49,664 bases of DNA, taken from NCBI GenBank assembly GCA_032117915.1, contig JAULYI010000102.1:1-49664 (forward strand), written 5' to 3'. Below are positions 8,870-16,156 of this stretch, piece by piece. The notes beneath the pieces were generated by a model. That model saw nothing but the letters and a program-made list of their open reading frames with translations, did no database searches and was not told the origin of the DNA. The first letter of the stretch is position 1, and every line of letters begins with the position of its first letter. The translations under genes were made by a program, and so were the position numbers. This stretch comes from Candidatus Kapaibacterium sp. (GTDB taxonomy: Bacteria; Bacteroidota; Ignavibacteria; Kapaibacteriales; Kapaibacteriaceae).

Positions 8870-9912
8870 TGATGCATGAGCCAATCGAACAGTTTGGGCC
8901 GGAACGCCTTGACGTTCCGTACTTCTTCACGCTGAGTCGCTACGACCAGGTTCGTGCGCTGGAATCGCTGATCTTTGCTTCGGACGATCCGCTCACGACC
9001 CGTGCGATGCACCGCATCCTTGTTCTTGAAGATCCGACGCAGGAACTGCCCGGACAGCAGCAGTTGCCGCTGGATGGCGAACCTCATGCCGAGCAGGAGC
9101 GGCAGCGCGAGCCGTTCAATGTACCGCTATCGCATTTCGATGCTCTGGTGGATGAGATCAACGATGACCTTGAGCGAGCTGATCGTCCGTTTCGCGTGGT
9201 TCGTATTGCCGGTGGATATCAGTATGCAACCACGCCACAGCATGGCCAGCTTGTGCAGCGACTGCTCAAGGCTCGCAACCGAAAGCGCCTGTCGCAGGCA
9301 GCACTGGAAACGCTGGCAATCATTGCATATCGACAGCCGATCACGAAAGCCGAGATCGAGGCCATCCGCGGTGTCAATGTCAGTGAGGTCGTGAATTCGC
9401 TGGTCGAGAAGCAGCTCGTTGCCATGGTGGGCCGCTCCGAGACGATCGGTAAGCCGCTGCTCTATGGAACCACCGAGGACTTCCTGCGGATCTTTGGTCT
9501 GAATGACCTCTCGGACCTTCCCAAGCTTCGCGAGATCGATGACTTGCTGAAGACGACGACAACCTTGATCGACATGGATGACGAACTGGTCGTGAAGACC
9601 GACCACAAGACACTTCGCCGACAGCTTGCTGCGCTGCTGGAGTCTGGACGCCCGCAGGAGGATGCTCCTGAGGATGCTGAACCACCTGCAATGGATCAGG
9701 ACCAGGCAGAAGCCCAATGGCACCATAGCATGGAGCACGAGGCCGAAGATGGTCTTGTGACCGATCCCGAACCGGGAACTTGGGAGGACGACGCCGATGC
9801 GATCGAACATGCGATTGATGATGCGATCGACAGCGCTGTCGATGAGATCAGCCCGATGAATCCCGAACCGGCATCGGATGATGATCAAGATTTGGAAAAC
9901 TCAAAAAACTAA
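8869..9912 (+). CDS. scpB: Segregation and condensation protein B with a long acidic C-terminal extension
   Basis: Motifs ALESLIFASDDPLT and LSQAALETLAIIAYRQPITKAEIEAIRGVN...VEKQLV. ATG 8869 overlaps the scpA stop (TGATG); 8872 is also possible. Confidence 0.88.
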   Translation: MMHEPIEQFGPERLDVPYFFTLSRYDQVRALESLIFASDDPLTTRAMHRILVLEDPTQELPGQQQLPLDGEPHAEQERQREPFNVPLSHFDALVDEINDDLERADRPFRVVRIAGGYQYATTPQHGQLVQRLLKARNRKRLSQAALETLAIIAYRQPITKAEIEAIRGVNVSEVVNSLVEKQLVAMVGRSETIGKPLLYGTTEDFLRIFGLNDLSDLPKLREIDDLLKTTTTLIDMDDELVVKTDHKTLRRQLAALLESGRPQEDAPEDAEPPAMDQDQAEAQWHHSMEHEAEDGLVTDPEPGTWEDDADAIEHAIDDAIDSAVDEISPMNPEPASDDDQDLENSKN

Positions 9913-10060
9913 TATAGTTTCCTGCGGTTCTCCACCAAGAACTGGCCCTCTGGATGCCAATCCTCCCATCCAACCGTCACTCAGCGATGATTGGCGGCGG
10001 CAGTCCAGGACTCCGAATCACCAGCGGAGCGGGTCCATCAGGATACACTGATGTTGTGTA

Positions 10061-10088
10061 ACGAGCTCGCCGACTTCGGCGGGCTCGT
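10061..10088. terminator. GC-rich hairpin in a convergent intergenic region (possible terminator)
   Basis: A 12-bp stem acgagctcgccg / cggcgggctcgt (one G-U pair) with loop actt. The flanks are only weakly T-rich (catgttt on plus). It lies 25 nt beyond the stop of the minus-strand MBL gene. Confidence 0.3.
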
Positions 10089-10115
10089 CGCATGTTTAGT
10101 CGAACACACGGTTGA

Positions 10116-10880
10116 TCAGCGGGTGATCGATAGCCCATCCCAAGCAAGATCGACGTGCTCCGGCAGATACGCCTCGGCCTCTTTGTGAAGCACCTGATGG
10201 GCAATGTGGGTCAGGAAAGCCTGCTCCGGCTTCACGTCGTCAATAACACCAAGGGCTTGATCGATCGTAAAGTGCGTCGGATGTTCCTGCCATCGAAGAC
10301 CGTCGATGACGAGCGTGTGCAGACCGCGAAGCATGTTGCGACTTGACGGGGGGATGTGATTGGTATCGGTGCAGTATGCGACGTCTCCAATACGAAATCC
10401 CAGGACCGGCATACCGCCGTGGCTCATTGGAATGGGTTGTAAGGGAATGTCGCCGATCATGAAGGGGGCGGTGTCGATCACATGCAGGTTGATACTCGGT
10501 ACGCTTGCACCGGTGGGACGAACCAAGCCGAAAGCATAGGGGAAGGTTGTACGCAGGACGTCGATTGTTTCTTGCATCGCATGCACGGCCACTGGTTTAC
10601 CGGAGCGGAAGCTATATGGACGAAGATCGTCGAACCCACCAATATGATCGAAGTGGTGATGGGTATAGACAACGCCATCGATATCCATGACCTTATGGGT
10701 CAGCATCTGCTGGCGGAAGTCCATGGATGTATCGATGATGACTGTCGTCGAGTCGCTCTGCACGAGCAACGACGTACGCAGCCGGCGGTCACGAGGGTCG
10801 GAAGAAGAACAGGTCTCGCAGTCACATGCCACAGAGGGCACACCGGTCGAAGTGCCGGTGCCCAGGAGGGTGAACCGCAT
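10116..10880 (-). CDS. MBL-fold metallo-hydrolase (PhnP-like phosphodiesterase family)
   Basis: Motifs LLGTGTSTGVPSVACDCETC and YTHHHFDHIGG (HxHxDH). The start ATG overlaps the lipA stop (TGATG); a GTG at 10883 is the alternative. Confidence 0.8.
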   Translation of the reverse strand: MRFTLLGTGTSTGVPSVACDCETCSSSDPRDRRLRTSLLVQSDSTTVIIDTSMDFRQQMLTHKVMDIDGVVYTHHHFDHIGGFDDLRPYSFRSGKPVAVHAMQETIDVLRTTFPYAFGLVRPTGASVPSINLHVIDTAPFMIGDIPLQPIPMSHGGMPVLGFRIGDVAYCTDTNHIPPSSRNMLRGLHTLVIDGLRWQEHPTHFTIDQALGVIDDVKPEQAFLTHIAHQVLHKEAEAYLPEHVDLAWDGLSITR

Positions 10881-11761
10881 CACAGATGGCGCTCGGCGTG
10901 ATACGAGCTCCGCACGAGTGGACCACTTTCTACATGATCAAGGCCCATGTCACGGCCAACGTCGGCGTATCGACGAAACTCGTCGGGGTGAACGAAGCGG
11001 TCTACCGGAAGGTGGTTCTTTGTGGGCTGCAGGTACTGTCCAAGGGTCAGCACATCAACGCCAACTGTGGCCAGATCCTGCATCACGGCAAGCACTTCGT
11101 CAGGTGTTTCGCCAAGGCCAAGCATCACGCCCGTCTTTGTGCGCATGCCCTGGCGCTTACTCTCTGCCAGCACCTGGAGGGCCCACTGATACCGGCCTTG
11201 CGGACGTACGTGGCGATACAGGCGAGGAACGGTCTCGGTGTTGTGCGCCAAGATATCCGGACGAGCATCGATGACTCGCTGAAGATTGTCGTTGTTCCCC
11301 TTGAAATCAGGGATCAGCACTTCGATCGTCGTCGTCGGATTCAGTTCTCGGCAGACGGCAATCGTTTCTGCCCAAATGAGTGAGCCGCCATCCTTGAGTT
11401 CGTCGCGATCAACACTGGTGATCACGGCATGTCGGATCCCCATCGTGCGGATCGCTTCCGCAACGCGGCGGGGCTCATCATGATCGACGGGAAGTGGGCG
11501 CCCTGTCTTGACGGCGCAAAATCCGCATGACCGGGTGCACGTATCACCATGAATCATGAACGTGGCCGTACCGGCATTCCAGCACTCCGAAATGTTCGGG
11601 CAGTGCGCCTCTTCGCATACGGTATGCAGTGCCTTGGCTCGCATCATCGTCTTGACGCGTGCAAACTCCTCGCCCCCTGGTGCCCGGACTTTCAACCATT
11701 CCGGACGGCGACCCTTCCGCTCTTGTGTGGGTGTGAAACTGCTGAGTTCGATGATTGCCAT
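10880..11761 (-). CDS. lipA: Lipoyl synthase
   Basis: Motifs CEEAHCPNISECW and CTRSCGFCAV (radical-SAM CxxxCxxC). Start taken at ATG 11761 (MAIIELSS...). The ORF-track extension to 11923 overlaps the upstream gene. Confidence 0.92.
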   Translation of the reverse strand: MAIIELSSFTPTQERKGRRPEWLKVRAPGGEEFARVKTMMRAKALHTVCEEAHCPNISECWNAGTATFMIHGDTCTRSCGFCAVKTGRPLPVDHDEPRRVAEAIRTMGIRHAVITSVDRDELKDGGSLIWAETIAVCRELNPTTTIEVLIPDFKGNNDNLQRVIDARPDILAHNTETVPRLYRHVRPQGRYQWALQVLAESKRQGMRTKTGVMLGLGETPDEVLAVMQDLATVGVDVLTLGQYLQPTKNHLPVDRFVHPDEFRRYADVGRDMGLDHVESGPLVRSSYHAERHL

Positions 11762-11792
11762 GATGACGGGTAGTGAACGTGGAATGGGCCGG

Positions 11793-12287
11793 TCAACGCA
11801 AAAGCGCGGGGTGGAGTTTCCGAGCCATGACGGATACGGCTTCGAGATAGGTAGTGGCTGACTTGAAGATGTTCTTGGCCTGATTCGTTGCATCGGGCAT
11901 TTTCGTCGAAACGTCATAGACATACGCGTTCAACAGGACGCGCTCACCTTGGAGGAGCAACGTACCTTGGACGACCTTGTTGGCCCCCAGAGCGGCAACG
12001 GCTTTCCAGACGTCTGATTCATACTGGGGATTCGTTGGGTCGAGGTTGAGTTCCGAGATCGCCATTTCCACAGAATCGGCCGGGATAATCACGAAGGCCG
12101 ACTGCGCGGGATCAACATTCTGCAGTGCTGTTCGAAGACTATCGGCCAGCTGCATGGTCCACACGTTGTACTTGATATTCCCATCCATATTACGGAAGGG
12201 GAGAACGGCAACGCGTGATTGAGCGTGAACGGCCAGGGTGCTCATTGCCAGGATGCCGGCGATCAGGAGCGGACGAAGCAGGCGCAT
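11793..12287 (-). CDS. Small secreted/periplasmic protein of unknown function
   Basis: Signal peptide MRLLRPLLIAGILAMSTLAVHAQ, followed by SRVAVLPFRNMDGN, which is reminiscent of TolB-N/FlgO-like periplasmic domains. It is tightly packed between the Hpt gene and lipA. Confidence 0.6.
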   Translation of the reverse strand: MRLLRPLLIAGILAMSTLAVHAQSRVAVLPFRNMDGNIKYNVWTMQLADSLRTALQNVDPAQSAFVIIPADSVEMAISELNLDPTNPQYESDVWKAVAALGANKVVQGTLLLQGERVLLNAYVYDVSTKMPDATNQAKNIFKSATTYLEAVSVMARKLHPALLR

Positions 12288-12295
12288 AGCATTCG

Positions 12296-12634
12296 TTACG
12301 GTGAGTGGTCAAGCGATTGCCGCAAACTACGCAGCATCTGCAGAAGAGCATTCACGTAGTCGTTGGCTGCATTCCAGTTCCCCTGCTCTGCGAACGCCAT
12401 CAGCTGCTGGCCGATGGATGCGTGAGCGGTGAGCCCAAACTGCATGAACGATCCTTTGATGGTGTGTCCCAGCCTAATGAGCGACGCTGTATCGTTGCGG
12501 ACGATGATGTCGGCCGCATCTCGGTCGAGCTCGTCGATCCACGCCTGGACGAACTCCGGAAAGAGTTCGGTGAGCGGACCGTCGGCCGTGGGAAGCTCAG
12601 GGAGCAGAAACGGAGGATGAAGATTGTCGTGCAC
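12296..12634 (-). CDS. Stand-alone histidine phosphotransfer (Hpt) domain protein
   Basis: LIRLGHTIKGSFMQFGL carries the H-x-x-K-G phosphohistidine motif in a ~110-aa all-helical context. The possible starts are GTG 12634, ATG 12673 and ATG 12691, and all of them overlap the 3' part of rnpB. I chose GTG 12634 because it gives the smallest overlap. Confidence 0.7.
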   Translation of the reverse strand: MHDNLHPPFLLPELPTADGPLTELFPEFVQAWIDELDRDAADIIVRNDTASLIRLGHTIKGSFMQFGLTAHASIGQQLMAFAEQGNWNAANDYVNALLQMLRSLRQSLDHSP

Positions 12635-13060
12635 GGGAAGACACCTGTAAGCCGAATTCTGTCTACCCTCCATAGGAGGGGAGGCAGTCATTTATCTGGG
12701 ACCGGTGTTGCCATCGGCCTCGAGCGATCGACCCGAGCCGGGGCGGACTACGTCCGGCAGCGCGAACAACGCTGCAGCGCCGAAGCGCACCCGACTCTGC
12801 TTGACCTTGCTCCGCACGGGGTTTGCCGAGCCGACCGGTCACCCGGCCGCTGGTGAGCTCTTACCTCACCATTTCACCCTTACCCCACAAGGGGGCGGTA
12901 TCTTTCTGTTGCACTTTCCGTCGGCTTGATGACCGTAGCCACCTTGCCGCCTTCCCGTTAGGAAGCGTGCTGTTCTGTGGAGTTCGGACTTTCCTCCCTC
13001 CAACGATCGTAGAACCTACGGTCGTTGGAAAGCGACTGCCCGGCATCCCCCCGCACACGA
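12627..13060 (-). ncRNA. rnpB: RNase P RNA, bacterial type A
   Basis: The reverse complement contains GGGAGGAAAGUCCGAACUCC (CR-I), GAAAGUGCAACAGAAAGAUACCGCC, GGUAAGGGUGAAAUGGUGAGGUAAGAGCUCACC, GCGGAGCAAGGUCAAG and AGAUAAAUGACUGCC. A CCCUCCUAUGGAGGG hairpin and UAGACAGAAUUCGGCUUACAGG (CR-V) follow. The order matches E. coli M1 RNA block for block. The 5' UCGUGUGCGGGGGGAUGCC and 3' GGUGUCUUCCCGUGCACGA can form a 19-bp P1 helix including G-U pairs. The mature ends may be a few nt inside these limits. Confidence 0.93.
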
Positions 13061-13064
13061 CGAA

Positions 13065-13811
13065 TCATTGTCCTAGCATTGCTTCAAGGTCAACGGACAC
13101 ATCCTCCGGATAGAGAATGCGACCGCAGCCTTCGCATGTATAGAGTCTGTCTCGGTTGTATTTCATTTCCATGATGCGCTGCGATGGCACCGCGGAGAAG
13201 CAGCCAGAGCAGCTGTTACGACGCAGTGGAACGACCGCTTCGCGGTGGAACGTGCGGATACGCTCGTATTCTGTTTCAAGCGCATTGTCAATCTGCGGAA
13301 CAATACGCTTTCGCAGGTCGATATAGCTGCGTAGTTCCTCGTTGCTTTCGCCGGAAAGGTGCTCGAGCTCACGCTCTTTCTCAGTCAACGCTTCCTTGGC
13401 TTCGGCAAGGTCGGTTTCCTGCTGTGCAAGCGTCGTTTTCAGGTTTTCGATACGGACGGCCGACGTACGAACGTTTTCTTCAAGTGCAGCGCGCTGCTCC
13501 TTGAGGTGTTCGATCTCCTTGGTGATGGCGTCGAACTCTCGGTTGTTCTTGACCTGGAATTGCTGCTGGGCCAGCTTCGACTCCTTGTCGTTGATCTCCT
13601 GCGTGGTCACGTGTGCCGTGCCAACGATATGCTCAATCTCGCGGAGGGCATTGGCCGTGGCCTCTGCAGCGATGGTCTTCTCACGAACGATCAATTCGTG
13701 CTTCTTGACGATCTGCGGCAGGTCGCCCAGGTCATCGTGGAGTTCATCGAGTTGAGCATCGACGGCAGCCAACTGAGCGAGCAGCGTAAGTTGTTGTTCC
13801 ATGTGCGGCAC
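13065..13811 (-). CDS. Coiled-coil C4 zinc-ribbon protein (COG1579/DUF164-like)
   Basis: A long heptad-rich region is followed by CSGCFSAVPSQ...YTCEGCGRILY (two CxxC pairs). It sits immediately downstream of a NIF3 gene, the usual partner of this family. Confidence 0.85.
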   Translation of the reverse strand: MPHMEQQLTLLAQLAAVDAQLDELHDDLGDLPQIVKKHELIVREKTIAAEATANALREIEHIVGTAHVTTQEINDKESKLAQQQFQVKNNREFDAITKEIEHLKEQRAALEENVRTSAVRIENLKTTLAQQETDLAEAKEALTEKERELEHLSGESNEELRSYIDLRKRIVPQIDNALETEYERIRTFHREAVVPLRRNSCSGCFSAVPSQRIMEMKYNRDRLYTCEGCGRILYPEDVSVDLEAMLGQ

Positions 13812-14621
13812 CTATGAGTTTGAAGAAACGTGTTTTTCGATGTAGTACTGCACGGGGTTCCGAAGGGCTCGTGAAGCAACCAACTCGGCTGCGGTACCCA
13901 CAATGGGTTCCAGAAGACCGATGATGCCGGATGCCACGAACTGTTCCATTTCGAAATGCCCCGGATCGATCAGTCCGATCGTGCCGTCGGCAGCGTGATA
14001 GGCGTGATACTTGAGGTCGGCCGTGATAAACACATCCGCTCCCGCCGAGATCGCGTCGTCCAGGAACGAGCCGCCACTTCCGGCTACAAGGGCGACAGTA
14101 CGGACGGTCGATGCCGGAGGGGCAAGGAAGCGCGGCGTGCCACCACAGATGCGCGTGACACGATCCAGGAGGTCGGCAATGGTCATGTCGATCGCTGAGG
14201 TTGCGATAACTCCCATGCCAAACGATGGCATCGAGGCAACAGGCACGAGTGGACGCGCGGGCTTAAGGCCTAGCACGTGTGCCAGTTGTGTGTTGGTGCC
14301 CATAGGATGGGCGTCATAGGCCGTATGCACACTGATCAAGGCAATATCATGCTCAATAAGCGCACACACAAGCCGTCCCACACGGTCATTGCGAGTAATG
14401 CTCCGCAGGGGGCTGTAGATCAACGGATGGAACGTGACGATTACGTCGCAGCTCAGCTGTTGCGCTTCGGTGATCACGGCGTCCGTGACTTCGAAGCAGA
14501 CGAGGATCTTGGTGGCTGTTCCTCGTCGAGAACCCACCTGCGTGCCGATAGGATCGCCGCTCATCGCGGCGGTCGGCAGCAGGACGGAATCGACGAGTTG
14601 TTGGAACTCGTTGAGCTGCAT
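13812..14621 (-). CDS. Nif3-like dinuclear metal centre protein
   Basis: Motifs DPIGTQVG, VTFHPLIYSPLRSI and ITADLKYHAYHAA...IDPGHFEME. The stop abuts the start of the zinc-ribbon gene. Confidence 0.85.
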   Translation of the reverse strand: MQLNEFQQLVDSVLLPTAAMSGDPIGTQVGSRRGTATKILVCFEVTDAVITEAQQLSCDVIVTFHPLIYSPLRSITRNDRVGRLVCALIEHDIALISVHTAYDAHPMGTNTQLAHVLGLKPARPLVPVASMPSFGMGVIATSAIDMTIADLLDRVTRICGGTPRFLAPPASTVRTVALVAGSGGSFLDDAISAGADVFITADLKYHAYHAADGTIGLIDPGHFEMEQFVASGIIGLLEPIVGTAAELVASRALRNPVQYYIEKHVSSNS

Positions 14622-14720
14622 AGGGAGCGCTAAACTACGGAATCACTAGGGGATTACCATGTTTTCCACAGAAGGCACATGCAGAGCGTCACGGCGTTTG
14701 GCCCTATCTTACCGTGCACT

Positions 14721-15464
14721 ATGACTACCATGAATTCACTACGATCGCACTTCCTCCTCATTGTCTGTTTCGCCGTTGTCTCGGCAGGAACAGCAACGGC
14801 TCAGGTAGCGGGTGAGACACCGATCACGGATTCGGTCGTCATCTTCATGTCGCCGCGCCCGCTGGTCGAGGCCTCGATGAACAGACCGAAGACAAGCGCC
14901 GCAGGCATTGATCTGCTGTTCAGTGGTAGCGGTTGGGGGCTCGGCGGATTCTGGCAGACGCTTGTCGGCGACAACCTGTCGATCATCACGCACGTCGGCA
15001 TCAGTGGAAAACGGAATACCGATGAGTTCGAAAACGTACTTCTGGGGCCAACGCCCGTGGTCTGGGATAAGGTCAACCGGTTGTTCATGTTCCCGGCCAC
15101 GGTCGGTGTACAGTATCGTCTGTTCAGCGAATCGCTCCAGGAGTCATTCCGCCCGTTCGTGAGCGGTGGGATCGGTCCGACGCTGATCCTGGCCACACCC
15201 TACCTTCGGGACGATCCGTATCAGGGCGTTCGCTATTACGAGTTCTTTTCGTCCTTCGCGGAGGCCACAACGTACGTTCGTGCAGGAGGGTACGTGGGCG
15301 TAGGTGCGCACTTCGGGTCGCCAATTCTTAGCAACCTGATCGGTGTTAACATCCGGTACTTCCACATTCCGTTCGGCGGTGATGGCATCGAGAGCATCAG
15401 AGGACGCCCGATCACAAATTTTGGCGGTATCATTCTCTCGCTGACCGTTGGCTCGGCATACTGA
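14721..15464 (+). CDS. Putative outer-membrane beta-barrel protein
   Basis: Signal peptide (MTTMNSLRSHFLLIVCFAVVSAGTATAQ), alternating hydrophobic and Gly/aromatic-rich strands, and a terminal ...LSLTVGSAY with an aromatic last residue. The start could be 14721 or 14730. Confidence 0.6.
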   Translation: MTTMNSLRSHFLLIVCFAVVSAGTATAQVAGETPITDSVVIFMSPRPLVEASMNRPKTSAAGIDLLFSGSGWGLGGFWQTLVGDNLSIITHVGISGKRNTDEFENVLLGPTPVVWDKVNRLFMFPATVGVQYRLFSESLQESFRPFVSGGIGPTLILATPYLRDDPYQGVRYYEFFSSFAEATTYVRAGGYVGVGAHFGSPILSNLIGVNIRYFHIPFGGDGIESIRGRPITNFGGIILSLTVGSAY

Positions 15465-15468
15465 ATCA

Positions 15469-16125
15469 ATGACGCTTTCGCCTATTGGCGTCATTCGCAC
15501 GCCCTACAGCTCGAAGTACGATGCGCCGCGACAACCGGGGGCTGACGATCGGATCCATGACGGCACGATCGACCTGTTTCCGGGGCATAACTACGAGCAG
15601 GCACTGATCGACCTTGACGGATTCTCGCATATCTGGGTGATCTCCTGGTTCGACCGGGCCGCGGGCTGGAAACCAATGGTGCTGCCGCCGCGATCCAGAC
15701 GGAAACACGGCGTGTTTGCCACGCGATCCCCGCATCGCCCCAATCCGATCGGCATCAGTGTTGTGCAGCTCATACACATCCATGGCTTGAAGCTGCAGGT
15801 TCGAGGTGCCGATCTGTTGGACGGGACGCCCGTGCTTGATATCAAACCCTACCTGCCATATGCCGATGCCGTTGGTGATGCTAGCAGAGGGTGGACGGAA
15901 TCTGCCGATGAGCAGATGCCGTTCCAGGTTATCTGGACGTGTCCATGTCCTGATCAAGCCATGCAGCAACACGTAGAAAGGGTCCTGCGCGTTGACCCGT
16001 TCCCGCATCCGTACCGCAGAATCAAAGCAGTCGGCACGGATGGCTTCGTCCTTGCCGTGCGGGAGCATCGTATCGCATACACTGTCGAAGGACAACAGGT
16101 CGTTGTCGTACGCATTACGCCGTAG
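15469..16125 (+). CDS. trmO: tRNA (t6A37-N6)-methyltransferase TrmO (TsaA/YaeB family)
   Basis: Motifs [42 protein letters not shown] and [21 protein letters not shown] 15469 avoids overlap with the upstream gene. Confidence 0.88.
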   Translation: MTLSPIGVIRTPYSSKYDAPRQPGADDRIHDGTIDLFPGHNYEQALIDLDGFSHIWVISWFDRAAGWKPMVLPPRSRRKHGVFATRSPHRPNPIGISVVQLIHIHGLKLQVRGADLLDGTPVLDIKPYLPYADAVGDASRGWTESADEQMPFQVIWTCPCPDQAMQQHVERVLRVDPFPHPYRRIKAVGTDGFVLAVREHRIAYTVEGQQVVVVRITP

Positions 16126-16156
16126 TTTTACACTCCCACGAACACAACGACCGCAC

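Noticed and set aside
9127-9888. 253-aa minus-strand ORF
   Set aside because: It is antisense to scpB. The same reasoning applies to 8042-8578 (antisense to scpA), 15466-16221 (antisense to trmO), 32660-33409 (antisense to the AtuA-like gene), 38933-39571 (antisense to the recQ/S8 junction) and 47988-48686 (antisense to trmD).
9913-10115. Possible tRNA or small structured RNA in the scpB/MBL intergenic region
   Set aside because: There is no GGTTCGAATCC-like T-arm, no cloverleaf and no conserved motif of SRP, 6S or tmRNA on either strand. Only a generic hairpin is present.
12705-13113. Plus-strand ORFs 12705-12929 and 12823-13113, and the first ~20 codons of the minus ORF 12296-12691
   Set aside because: They lie on top of the RNase P RNA gene, whose conserved motifs account for the sequence, so they are not coding.
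16126-16156. Cobalamin or SAM riboswitch upstream of metH
   Set aside because: Only 31 nt separate trmO from metH, which is too short for either riboswitch, and no conserved B12-box-like sequence is present.
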